This document shows positions 10,783 to 23,416 of a DNA stretch of 64,000 bases, piece after piece. Under the pieces are notes generated by a model. That model was given only the letters and a program-made list of their open reading frames with translations. It did not search any database and had not been told where the DNA came from. Source of the DNA: Eledone cirrhosa. Its lineage: Eukaryota. The number at the start of each line of letters is the position of its first letter. The first letter of the stretch is position 1. The stretch lies in NCBI GenBank assembly GCA_964016885.1, contig OZ024742.1, positions 289,726,001 to 289,790,000 on the forward strand. The letters are read 5' to 3'. The translations under genes were made by a program, and so were the position numbers.

Positions 10783-13691
10783 GACTAATCGTAGGCAAAC
10801 ATCTTAGTTATAAGCTTTTCTGGCTGGGTAATGATGATGGGTTAGGTAGAGTAGGCATTTTACTGGCTGAGAGATGGATTGATAAGACAATGAGGTACTT
10901 CAAGTTAGTAATAGAATAATTAAGCTTAGATTAGTTGTAGGCAAGAGACTACTGACAATCATCTCTGCCTATGCTCCCCAGGCAGGCCTAGGTAAAGAAG
11001 AGAGAGATTGCTTTTACAAGCCACTTTTACAAACAGCCGCAATGACAGAGGACGGAGACATCATTATGCTAGCAGGGGACTTCAATGGTCATGTTGGACA
11101 ACTCCAGGATGGTTACACTGGGGTATATAGTGGACCCAGTTACAGCTCAAGAAATGAAGGAGTGAGGCTTTTTGAATTTTGTGATGCAAGTGCACTAACC
11201 ATTTGCCAACCACCTAATAACCTACAAATCAGGCGAGCACATAAGCCAGATTGACTTCTTGCTAGTTAGGCAGCAAGACAGGCAGATGGTGTCAAATACC
11301 AAGGCATACCCCGGGGAAGAATGTACCCCACAGCATAGGTTAGTCGTTAGTGATATCTCAGTAAGCAAGAGATGGAATGAGACATACAGAAAGGTGTGGA
11401 AAGAAAGGTCTGGAAGCTAAAAGACCTTTCACTAAAATATAAATTTAGGAAAGCCCTTCAAGATGTATATGACGAAAAAGAAGATGATTTAGAGTCGTAT
11501 GACATAGATGATAACTGGAATTTCTTACGTGACAACTTACTGCAGGCTACTGAAGAAACTTGTGGCTGGAGCAGAGCTCCAGCCAGACAGAGAGTGACCT
11601 GGTGGTAGAACAGCATGGTAGGTAAGGCCATTAGAGACAAAAGACTAGCATGGAATGCTTGGAAAAATGGTGGAAGTAGAGAAGGATATACAGACACTAA
11701 GAGAGAAGCAAGACGTCAGGTGTACTTAGCACACAGGGAGGCTGAGAGTAGGAGGTTTGCCAATGTCCTGTGACAGGAAGATCAGAAACGTGCAGTGTTC
11801 TGCATTGCAAGGCAGTGCGTCAATGCAAATCAGGATGTTGTTGGAAATAAGTGTGTCCGAAATGATGCCGGTGTACTTAGTGTCACAAATGATCAGAAAA
11901 AGGAGGCCTAGAAATGTCATTATGTGAGACTGATGAATGTGGAGAACGAATGGGAGAGAAAGAAATTACCCCTAGTAGATCCGGCAGAGGGAGTGCTATT
12001 GAGATTGACAAATATAGGGTCCAAGAGGCGATTAAGGAAATGAAAAATGGTAAGGCCGCTAGACTGTTGGGGATAGTTGCTGAGATGCTGAAGACATCAA
12101 GGGACGTAGGCACTAAACTGGTTGCATGCATCATCAATCAGGCTATATATGACGATGTCATACCCAAAGACTGGTGCAGCAGTATTCTCATAAATTGCTA
12201 CAAAGGTAAAGGGGATGCTCTGGAGAGGAGAAATTATAGGGGCATAAAACAGATGGATCAGGTTATGAAAGTGACAGAAAGGATATTAGTGCAACTAATT
12301 AAGGAAAGGGTCAAACTAGATGAGATGCAGTTTGGTTTTGTGCCTGGGAAAAGTACAACAGATGCCCTCTTCTTAGTGAGACAACTACAAGAGAGGTTCT
12401 CAGAGAAGAATAAGCCACTATACTTAGCTTTTGTTGACCTAGAGAAAGCCTTTGATAGGGTACCCCGATCTGTCATCTGGTGGTCCCTAAGGAAACTAGG
12501 TGTTGAGGAATGGCTTGTGAGGACAGTGAAAGCTTTGTACAGAGGTGCTGTCAGTAAAGTCAGGGTAGGAATGGAGTTTAGTGAGGAATTCCAGATACAA
12601 GTAGGAGTACATCAGGGTTTGGTCCTCAGCCCGCTCTTGTTCATTATAGTCCTCCAAGCCATAACAGAGGAGTTTAAGACTGGCTGTCCATGAGAACTTC
12701 TCTATGCTGACGATCTGGTTCTTATAGCAGAATCAGTAGAGGATCTAGAGAATAAATTCAGGCTATGGAAACAGCAGTTGGAATTAAGAAGACTGAGAAT
12801 GAACCTAGCTAAGACAAAAGTGTTGATTAGTAGAAAAGAGGACAAAACTCTGATTCCATCAGGGAAATGGCCATGTTCGATATGTAGAAAAGGAACTGGC
12901 ATAAATTCTATAAAATGTACACAATGCAGATCTTGGGTACACAAAAGATGTAGTGGGATAGCAGGCAAACTAACAGGTAGGGAGAAATACGTATGCAGTA
13001 GATGTACAGGGAAATTTAACAGAAGTCGCATTGATAGACACATTTTTCAAATGCAGGTGGCTGCTATAGAAGTGGTGGATAGCTTCCGGTACCTAGGTGA
13101 TCAGATTATCATGGGAGGGGGTGTTCCGAGGCCATAGTATCTAGAATAAGGACGGGTTGGAAGAAGTTTAGGGAGCTGCTCCTTCTGCTGACGAAGAAGG
13201 GTTTCTCCCTGCGTACGAAAGGCTAGTCATATGATGCCTGTGTGAGGTGCCCGATGCTGCATGGTAGTGAGACATGGGCAGCAACTGCAGAGGATATGCG
13301 ATGACTGGAGAGAAATGAGGCAAGTATGCTTCGTTGGATGTGCAATGTCAATGTGCGTGAACGACCCAGCATAGAGTGTTGAGAGAGAAACTGGGTATGA
13401 GAGGGATAAATTATAGTGTGCGGGAGAGGAGACTGCGATGGTATGGACATGTGATGCGCATGGAGGATGACCGATGGGTGAAGAAGTGCCAGGAAATGCC
13501 AGTTGAAGGAGAGGAAGACCACGAAAAACATGGGCGGAGGTGGTGACAGCAGACCTCAGATTGCTGAAGCTCACATTGGAGATGACGAAGGACCATGACA
13601 AGTGGAGAGATGCTGTGCTGAATAGGACCCGTCCCACCCTTGCAAGCAGGGAAGAGTGGATGTAAAATGATGATGATGATGATGATGATGA
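10783..13691 (+). mobile_element. Older RTE LINE subfamily (APE-RT, many stops), nested in the R4/Dong remnant
   Basis: SAYAPQ, AGDFNGHVG, DLEKAFDRVP, YADDL and PHD-like motifs; (ATG)n tail. Confidence 0.92.
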
Positions 13692-13801
13692 TTTTGCACA
13701 TTCGAGTTATTTCTATCTCTAGATCTTTATATTTGGAGAGTTTCTCTATTTCCTTGGAAGATATATTGTCGTCTGTGGGGTAAGTACATCTATTAGAAGG
13801 C
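13692..13801 (-). mobile_element. R4/Dong-like RLE fragment (upstream half of the split element)
   Basis: PTDDNISSKEIEKLSKYKDLEIEITRM continues into KMKT-TIPIIIGALG at 10782. Confidence 0.75.
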
Positions 13802-13807
13802 ATTTAT

Positions 13808-13985
13808 TGGATTGGCAGTATCGGTAGAGGGTTGGATGCCATGCTTTGTGGCATAGAGTTACGTCCCTTTGCGGTCTGAGTTCAAATGCCGCCAAGGTTA
13901 ACTTTACCTTTCATCCTTACAGGGTCGATAAAATATAGTACCAGTAATTCACTGAAATAATTGCTGACCTTGTGCCAACATTATT
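13808..13985 (+). mobile_element. Nin-like SINE copy
   Basis: Similar to 10334-10530. Confidence 0.75.
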
Positions 13986-14707
13986 ATATAAGTGGCTGAG
14001 TATTTCACAAGACATGTACCTGTAACATAATTTTAAGACAGAATCAGCTGGAACAACATGGTTAGATGAGTTAAAGGGTCAATCCATCCACTGGGTTTCC
14101 ACAGTTTCTGTCCACCCTATTTTACTCACAAGGCTATGGTAGAAGATACTTGCCAAAAATGCCACATAGGGGGTTCAAACCCAAAATCTCATAATTGTGA
14201 AACAAACTTAACCTCTCAGCCACGCTTGCATTATATACAGAAATAACACCATATTTTAAAGTATTACAGTATTATATTTATAACACTATATATCTCAGTT
14301 ATGACTAGACTATATATTTATAACAGCATATATTTACAGTATGGCTATCTATCCTATGTATCTATAACACCATAAATTTAAAGTTATCAGAAATTATAAA
14401 ATATCTGGAGATTAAAGTCAGGTTTTACATTAAAATATTTGGTACACATCTAAAGATTAAATCACTGTTTTGTTATAAAACATATGATGGATCTGGTGAA
14501 CATCTGGGGACAGAAGTCATGTGTTGCTATAAAAAAACCGGTGAACATCTGGAGATTAAAGTCACTAAGTGTTGTGAACATCTTGTGTTGGAATAAAACA
14601 CTTGGTGATTACAGGTATCAGGTTTATAAAAATATATTGATGTGAATAAAAGGAAATAGTCCATATTAAGTGAAGCAAATATATATATATAGATTATATT
14701 ATATATA

Positions 14708-16807
14708 TCATCATCATCATCGTTTAACGTCCATCTTCCATGCTAGCATGGGTTTGGATGGGAGTTTTCCCACTTGAGGCAAGATTGGTTGTCTTGCTCG
14801 TATAGGACTGTCTGGCGGGTTTTCTATGACTGGATGCCCTTCCTAACATCAACCACATTACAGTGTAGACTGTGTGTTTTTTTGTAGTGACACCTACACG
14901 ACCTCATTTATTTAGGACTGGATGTTGTGGTACCAACATAACTTTACACCGAAAGGGGTGGTGTGGAGGGGTGGGGGAAGTGGGACGGGGGTGTATTTTG
15001 GTTAAGAGGTGCTTACTGACTGTAGGTTTCGCTTTGTACTTAGGCAAGGCGGGTCTTCTGTATTACTGCGTAGTGCCAAAGATCTCGGTCCAGTGACGTT
15101 GTCTTGGAGAGGTGTAAGTGTGTGAGGTCGGAATTTATCAAGTCGTCCCAGGTTTTCTGGGTCTACCTACTCCATAACTTCCATCAATTTTGATCGCCCT
15201 GCACTTTTTTATACAGCTGTCGTCTTTCATGCACATCACGTGACCATACGAACGTAGTCTTCTCTCGAGTAAACAACATCTGATCCCTCTTATTCCTAAT
15301 TTCTCACTTAGTTCATTTATGCTTTGCCGTTCACGTATATTACTATTACACATTCAACGGAGCATGCAAGCGTCATTCCTCCCCAGTCTGCATAGATCCT
15401 CTGCACACTATGCCCAAGTCTCACTGCCATGTAACATTGCTGTTCGTATGCAGGCATCATACAGCCTGCCTTTCATTCTTAGAGAGAAACCTTTTGTGGC
15501 CAACAGCGGTATAAGCTCTCTGAACTTTTTCCATCCCGTTCTGACTCTAGCTACTGTACTTTCAGAGCACCCTCCACCACTGCTGATTTCATCACCCAGG
15601 TAACGGAAAGTGTTTACTATTTCTATAGAACCATCTGGGCAATGGAAGGAGCTAGTATCCTTTGGACACTTGCTACTTATTGCACCTGAGCATTGGCCAC
15701 ATATAAAGTCTACGTTCTTAGATAGTTTACTTGAGATCCCACTACATCTTTTATGTACCCATACTTTGCATTTGGGACATAAAATGGAGTTTCTGCCCAC
15801 TCCTTTCCTACACACTGAGCATGGCCATTTCCCAGATGGGACCAGTACCCTATTTTCCTTCCTACATACTAGAACTTTAGTCTTAGACAGGTTAATTTTA
15901 AGGCCTTTTGATTCTAGGCCATGCTTCCATGTTTGGAATTTCTTCTCTAGTTCAGCCATTGATTCAGCTATGAGCATTAGATCATCGTATAGGAGTTCCC
16001 ATGGGCAGCTGGTCTTGAACTCCTCTGTTATAGCCTGAAGAGCAATAATAAATAGGAGGGGGCTAAGGACGGAGCCTTGATGAACACCAACTTTTACGCT
16101 AAACTCTTCACTATATTCGTTGTTAATTCTAACTTTGCTGACTGTTTCATTATACATGGCTTGTATAGCTCTCACAAGCCATTCATCAACACCTAGTTTT
16201 CTGAGAGCCCACCAGATACTGGGGCGTGGGACTCTGTCAAAGGCTTTCTCCAAGTCAACAAAAGCTAAGTATAGGGGTTTACTTTTAGCTAGGAACTTCT
16301 ACTGTAGTTGTCGTACAATAAAAAGAGTGTCTGTGGTACTTTTACCTGACACAAACCCGAACCTCATTTCATCTAGATCAATTCGCTCTCTGATTAGTTG
16401 CGCTATTACTTTTTCTGTGACCTTCATGACCTGGTCAATTAATTTAATGCCTCTATAGTTACCCTGATCTAGGCATCTCCTTTACCCTTGTAACAGTTAA
16501 TGATGCTGCTACGCCAGTCCTTCGGTACGAACCCATTCTGTATGACTTGGTTTACTATCCGAGTGACCATAGTGTGTCCCACCGTTCCAGATGCTTTCAG
16601 CATTTCAGCAACTATTTCCGAAGGCACAGACGCCTTGCCTGTCTTCATATCTTTGATTGCCTTACTTATTATACTACCTTCAACTTCCACTGCTGGTCCT
16701 TCTATTGGATCGATGTGGAGGAAACTGTCTTTCTCCCATTTATTCTCCTCATTTAGTAGCCTTTTGTAGTGACGCTTCCAAGCTACCTTATTATCAGCGT
16801 CAGTGAT
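14708..16807 (-). mobile_element. RTE LINE, 5'-truncated
   Basis: 281-aa RT ORF at 15408-16253; (CAT)n tail. Confidence 0.93.
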
Positions 16808-16867
16808 ATATATATCTATATTATATTATATATATATATTGTATTATATATATATATATTATATTAT

Positions 16868-17218
16868 CACATGGCTTAGTGGTTAGAGCATTGGGCTTGC
16901 AATCGAAAGGTTGTGAGTTCAATTCTATGACCGGATGATGTGTTGTTTCCTTGAACAAGACACTTTATTTCACATTGCTCCAGTTTACTCAGCTGTAGAA
17001 ATGAGATGATAGGGACCGGAATGAGATGATAGGGACTGGGGTCCCTATCATTTCCCTGCAAAGTGGTCGTGGAGGTGCCACGGCCAAAAAGCACCCAGCA
17101 CTTACTGTAAATGAGGTTGGTGTTAGGAAGGGCATCCAGCTGTAGAAATCAAGCCAGAATCAGTCCCCGTCCCACCGTTGCAAGCAGGGAAAAGCGGACG
17201 TAAAATGATGATGATGAT
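16868..17218 (+). mobile_element. tRNA-headed SINE with RTE-type tail
   Basis: tggcttagtggttagagc...gagttcaattc; ends aaaatgatgatgatg. Confidence 0.8.
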
Positions 17219-17280
17219 ATAGTGTGGAAGATGGACGTTAAATGAAGATGATGATGATATATATATATCATCATCATCAT

Positions 17281-18206
17281 TTCTAACTTAATAGCACCAC
17301 CTGGCGAAGTCTTACAAATCAGGGTTTGGGCACCATGGCCCACTCGAGCAGAGAGTTATTGTTTACGGGGGCATATCTGGGTGTAGGAGGCTTATCCGGG
17401 ATTTCTTGAAGGAATTTGTCCAAAGATTTCTTGGGGTATGTTTCTGTTTTGATGTGTTTTGGTGTAATGTTAAAGAGAGCAGGGCCAATTGAGGTGAAAT
17501 AATTGTGCCGTATTGTTGTTATGAGATGCGAGTGAGATTTTTGTCGTGGGCAGATAGCACGGGGCCCAAGCCTTGGGTGTACATTAAAGGTGATGTCAAC
17601 ATAATTTGGGCAAAGTTGATGGAATATTTTCCACATCATGCAGATAATGTAGCGCTCACGGCAACGTTGGAGAGAATAAAGGTTGAGCTTTTCTAATCGA
17701 CTCCAATAGTCAAGGCCTGTCATGCCATCTATCTTTGGGGTGCTTCAACTTTCATGATACTTTGTTTTGTGTGGGGAGATCACAGTGGACAACAGTATTC
17801 AAGGTAGGGTCAGGCAAAAGTGGAGAAGAGAAGGATAACAGTGTGGATATCTCTCGAGTGGAAGGTTCTGAGAATCCAGGAACACATTCTGTGGGCCATG
17901 TCAACTTTGCTGTTTATATGAGTGGCCCAGCTTATGTCCCAGGTCTCTGATGATGTTGGATGCCACTAGAGTTTCACCCGAAGGAAGAGAGTATGGTAGT
18001 TTCAGGGCATCCTTTTTTCCAAAGTGGATTAATTCAAACTTATTCTCATTCAACAGCATATTATTCATCTCTGCCAGTAGGTCTGACTGACGGCAAGTCC
18101 GGTCACCCACCTCATTGATGACCCTTTGGAGCTTAGAATCATCTGCGAAGATTCTTATGTTGCTGTGCTTGATGATGTCAGTAATGTCATTAATGTAGAT
18201 GATGAA
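17281..18206 (-). mobile_element. CR1-group LINE 3' fragment
   Basis: FIIYINDI, FADDSKL, RDLG, LYSLQR-RERY, DKFLQEIPD-P and NSLLEW motifs. Confidence 0.85.
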
Positions 18207-18222
18207 TATATATATATTATAT

Positions 18223-18670
18223 ATCATCATCATCACCGTTTTACGTCCGTTCTTCCACGCTAGCATGGGTTAGACGGGTTGTCCTGTTGTGTGCAGTGTC
18301 TGGTCGGCTGACCATGCCTTGCTCATACAGGAACTGATCTGGCTTGATTTCTACAGCTGGATGCCCTTCCTAACACCAACCTCATTTACAGTGAGTGCTG
18401 GGTGCTTTTTCGTGGTGCCTACACGTCCACTTTACAGTGTGGGCTGGGTGCTTTTTTGCTGTGGCACCTCCACGACCACCTTGCGGTGGGGGGTGTGGGG
18501 GCATATTGTTTATATGCTTCAGCATGTACCCATGGGAGGTCGGGTACTCTGTATTACTGCGTGACGCCAGAAGTCACGGTCGTGTGTCATTGTCTTTGAG
18601 AGGTGTAATTGGGTAAGGTCGGCTTTTATCACCTCATCCCAGGTCATCTTGGGTCTCCCCACTCCGCGGT
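18223..18670 (-). mobile_element. RTE 3' fragment (same subfamily as 58-2593)
   Basis: TWDEVIKADLTQLHLS and matching 3' UTR. Confidence 0.9.
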
Positions 18671-18711
18671 ATATATATATATTATATCTCTCTCTCTCTA
18701 TACATATATTA

Positions 18712-18937
18712 TATGTAAAAGGTAAACAGAAATAACAACACAATCGGTACAGTATATGGAAGGTATATATTAGGTTAACGCTTGATATAGCAGGAAGAGG
18801 GTCTTAACGTTTCGGACGCTAGGTTAGTCCATCAGAAGAAAGAATGAGAAATAAAATAGATTGAGGGGACGGGCAGGATGGAATTGGAAAAAATGTCTTT
18901 AGATAAAAATAACAGGTCCATTCATGTTGACATCTCT
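18712..18937 (-). mobile_element. HHR-family insert in TA tract (copy at 56014-56232); degenerate HHR at 18802-18839
   Basis: Near-identical to the 56.0-kb copy; tctt CTGATG...gtcc GAAA cGTT aaga. Confidence 0.6.
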
Positions 18938-18959
18938 TTTATATATATATATATATATA

Positions 18960-19350
18960 TAGATATACTATAAAGCTGACGCCCATATGTAAGTAACAAA
19001 CTTTCCGCCAAGCGGCTGGAACAAACACCACCAAATTTGCACCATATATGTAACTTTTTCCCAGTAAAAAAGTGAGGGTATTTTTGTCTACTGAATTTTG
19101 TTAAAAAGATTAAAGACATTATTTAAATATTCACTTCTTTAAAATTTTCAAATGTCAACACTTCCGGTTATATGACATTCCTAACGTCTTCACGAACCAA
19201 AGTATCATCTTTCTGTTTTCTTTCGGTTGCAACGTTTTTCGAAATATTTACTTCTGCGTTCACATATTGATTTTTTTTTAGTTTCAGAAGATCCTGTTAA
19301 GGGTGAAAGCAGCGATTCTTTGCTTAAACTTTAATCTGTTATTTTAATAT
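18960..19350 (+). mobile_element. Helitron-like non-autonomous fragment (related pieces at 23180-23350 and 53081-53330)
   Basis: tatactataaagctgac...cggctgg...ccaaatttg pattern typical of Helitron 5' regions; repeated in the window. Confidence 0.5.
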
Positions 19351-19356
19351 ATATAT

Positions 19357-19357
<1 letters not shown>

Positions 19358-19407
<50 letters not shown>

Positions 19408-19840
19408 GTTTAACATCCATATTCCACGCTTGCATGGGTTTGGACGGGAGTTTTCCCACTTGAGGCAAGAGTGGTTGTCTTGCTCGCATAGGACTGTCTG
19501 GCTGGTTTTCTACGGCTGGATGCCCTTCCTAACACCAACCACATTTACAGTGTGGAACTGGGAGGTTTTTACCGTGTTACCTACATGGCCACATTACAGC
19601 GTGGACTGTGTGTTTTTTTGTCGTGACACCTACACGACCTCATTTGTTTCGGGCTGGATGTTGTGACACCAACATAACTTTACATTGAAAGGGGTGGTGT
19701 GGATGGGGTGTGGGTAGTGGGACGGGGGTGTATTTTGTTAGAGGTGCCTACTGACTGTAGTAGGTTTCACTTTGTACTTAGGTAAGGCGGGTCTTCTCTA
19801 TTACTGTGTAGCGCCAAAGCTCTCAGTCCAGTGACATTGT
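19358..19840 (-). mobile_element. RTE 3' UTR/tail fragment
   Basis: Long (CAT)n tail plus the family 3' UTR. Confidence 0.88.
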
Positions 19841-19896
19841 ATATATATAATTATATATTTGTGTACAGATATTTTTGCATACACAAAAACAAAATA

Positions 19897-20136
19897 TAAA
19901 CAAATGTATTTATTTCACGAAAGCACAGACGGCTTATCCTCATTGTTACTGCCGATATGCCACCCAAAAAGTCCTAGCCTGGTCGCACGATCAGATTTTC
20001 CAGAAGAAAAAATGTTATAACAAACGTATTTATTTCACGAAAGCACAGACGGCTTATCCTCATTGTTACTGCCGATATGCCACCCAAAAAGTCCTAGCCT
20101 GGCCGCAAGATCAGATTTTCCAGAAGAAAAAATATT
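19897..20136. repeat. 120-bp tandem duplication
   Basis: aacaaa-gtatttatttcacgaaagcacagacgg...cagaagaaaaaat occurs twice. Confidence 0.9.
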
Positions 20137-20319
20137 ACTAGAGCAACAGAGAGACTAAGCTTCGCAATTACCATCAACAAAGCTCATGGGTCAAACCCTA
20201 AATGTGGCTGGTCTTCATCTGGGAAAACCATGGTCAATTGTATGTAGGATGTTCTAGGGTGCGCTCGCCAAACAATCTCTTCATCTTTGCTCCCGAGAGC
20301 AAAGCTTTTTTTAAAGTAA

Positions 20320-21290
20320 AATGACGGAGTAAAGGACTCGCGTATAATCCTGTAATCAAATAAGCTCAAAGGAAAGAGTTTTCCTGGGCACTTTAAAATA
20401 TAATATATAGAAGGGAAAAAACACAGGAGAGTGTGTTTTTTCATTTACAGGATGTTAAATCACCAGTGTGAAGATAATATAAGTTAAGAGAGGTATAGGA
20501 AAAACATTATAATTAAAAGTATAAATTAAAATGACAAACCTACCTCATAACTAAATCACACATGTACAAACTCACTGGGAGATTGTTTTGCCATATAGTG
20601 GGTTCCAATTCGGCCCAGTGGGTCATCAGCATGTGCAAAGACCGATATTGTCCGCACTACTAAACAGAGAACTATAGTAAACCACCTGTCGCAGGTGTAA
20701 AGAGAAGGGAAATACGTGCACGAGGCAGTGACCGGTGGTATGAACAAAACAAGCTGCTAGAAATGGCAGCCTATACTGTTCAATTTATGGTATTCGACAG
20801 CAGAGAGAAGGCATGGAGCAAATATCAAGTCAAATGACGGAGTAAAAGACTCGCGTATGATCCTGTAATCAAATGAGCTCAAAGGAAAGAGCTTTCCTGG
20901 GCACTTTAAAATACAATATATAGAGGGGAAAAAACACAGGAGAGTGTGTTTTTTCATTTACAGGATGCTATGCACATATTTCCCTTCTCTTTACACATGC
21001 GACAGGTGGTTTACTATAGTTCTCTGTTTAGTAGTGCGGACAATATCGGTCTTTGCACATGCTAATGACCCACTAAGCCGAACTGGAACCCACTATATGT
21101 AGAAACAATCTCCTGTTGAGTTTGTACATGTGTGATTTAGTTATGAGGTAGGTTTCTCATTTTAATTTATACTTTTAATTATGTTTTTCCTATACATCTC
21201 TTAGCTTATATTATCTTCACGCTGGTGATTTAACATCCTATAAATGAAAAAACACACTCTCCTGTGTTTTTTCCCCTCTATATATTGTAT
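20320..21290. mobile_element. ~513-nt tandem monomer plus inverted arm, with degenerate HHR-like core
   Basis: Direct repeat 20321/20834; 20970-21290 is the reverse complement of ~20400-20720; CTGATGA at 20623-20629 (-). Confidence 0.55.
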
Positions 21291-21305
21291 ATATATATTA
21301 TATAT

Positions 21306-21338
<33 letters not shown>

Positions 21339-21342
21339 TATA

Positions 21343-21695
21343 ACTGGAGGCAGCAGACAGATATTATGAGGGCGCGTTCTGGACGGAGAGGAAATTGTGG
21401 GAAGTGACACAATGCAGACAGTCAGACATACAGACAGATATTATAAGGGCGTGATGTTATATGTATGTATCTATCTAAAAAGAGAAAGACTAAGAATTAT
21501 AGGGAGAGATCGCTAAATCACCTAATGCGGTCCCTAGGGCATTGAAAATTTGAAATTTTTTTTGCTCAGAACACTCCCTGAAACATAAGTATTACATGTG
21601 TAAAGTTTGAAAACAGTCGGTTGGGTGCTTCTCGAGTTTTAGGGGTTCAAACTCGCACACACACAGACAGACATCCTCAGTTTTATATATATAGA
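21343..21695 (-). mobile_element. Helitron-like fragment
   Basis: Minus strand begins TCTATATATATAAAACTGAGGATGTCTGTCTG; 3' end unclear. Confidence 0.4.
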
Positions 21696-21752
21696 TATAT
21701 ATATATAGGTATATATTATATATATATAGATATATATTATATATATAGAGAT

Positions 21753-21827
<75 letters not shown>

Positions 21828-22019
21828 ATATATTATATATATATATATTATATATATATATATATTATATATATATATATATTATATATATATAGATATA
21901 TATTATATATATATAGATTATATATATATATATATATATACATTATATATATACATATATATATATATATTATATATATATATATTATATATTATAGATA
22001 TATATTATATATATATATA

Positions 22020-22732
22020 TAAAGAATTAGTATATCTAGTAACATATATATACACAGATGCATACTTATGCTAGCAAATATATAGGGTTTTGTCTTAGTA
22101 ACTTTGTGGTTCAATGCATGGGGATGCAGAACAATAATATGAGACGTAAAATAAGAAAATTATAAAATTAACTTACTTACTAAAATAATTTTCTTATTTT
22201 ACGTCTCTCATATTATTGTTCTGCATCCCCATGCATTGAACCACAAAGTTACTAAGACAAAACCTATATATTTGCTAGCATAAGTATGCATCTGTGTATA
22301 TATATGTTACTAGATATACTAATTCTTTATAATTATCTCCAAATTATTTTGTCGAGCAAAAATTGGCCAAAACTGCTACTATAGTAACGGTCCGGCTGCT
22401 GTCTTCTTAACAAACCACTCTTCACTGATTGACCTCCATGTCACGTGACTGATTCTTTTGAATTTGCCACCGACGCAGTAGGCAGTGATTTTTTCAATGG
22501 CTTGGAATTTAGTCCACGCTTTGCTTTTTTCCATCCACTGAATTATTTTTGTATAAGTTCCCTGTGCCCACGTATTGCCTGGAAACTTAGCTGAGAATAG
22601 ACTTCCCTGATGACGAAAGGCTTCTCCGTACGTTTTTTAGGAAACTATGCTTATTCCCTTTCAGAAACTAATTAGTTGGAGTGAAATTTTAGTAAGTTAA
22701 TTTTATAATTTTCTTATTTTACGTCTCTCATA
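22020..22732 (+). mobile_element. HHR-bearing element: 520-nt monomer preceded by a ~150-bp inverted arm
   Basis: Terminal direct repeat 22186/22706; palindrome 22020-22330; flanked by TA microsatellites. Confidence 0.75.
22601..22682 (+). ncRNA. Type-I hammerhead ribozyme with long stem II loop
   Basis: acttcc CTGATGA c-gaaagg...cctttc-a GAAA ctaatta GTT ggagt. Confidence 0.72.
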
Positions 22733-22754
22733 TATATATATATATATATATATC

Positions 22755-22810
<56 letters not shown>

Positions 22811-23416
22811 ATATATTATATAATATATATATATTATATATAGTAATAATAATAAAGAGGGCTCGATAAGGATAAATATATATCAAATATATAAGAACCG
22901 TAGGGCAAATATTAAAAAATCCTAGTTAGAATTTTAGTCTACGACTCCAGTTATACCATTTACGTGGTTTTGTCTTTGCGTGCTATTGTTCTCCCCACTC
23001 CACATATGACGTATTATCTTCGTTTTTTCCGTTCATTGCCAGAGAGCGTCTCTATGAACCACCTAATAGAATATTAGTCTATGACTTCTTTTATACCATA
23101 AACATGGTTTTGTATTTGCGTGTAATTGTTTTTCCCCGCTCCAAATAATGACGTATTATATTCGTTTTTCCTCGTTCTTTGCCAGGGAACGTTTCCACGA
23201 ACTAAAGTATCGTCTTCCTGTCTTCCTCCGGTTGCAACGTTTTTTGAAATATTCACTTCCGCGTTCACATATTGACTTTGTTAGTTTCAGAAGATCCCAT
23301 TAAGGGTGAAAGCAGCGATTCTTTGCTTAAACTTTAATCTGTTATTTTAATAAATATATATATTATATATATTATATATATATATTATATAATATATATA
23401 TATTATATATATATAT

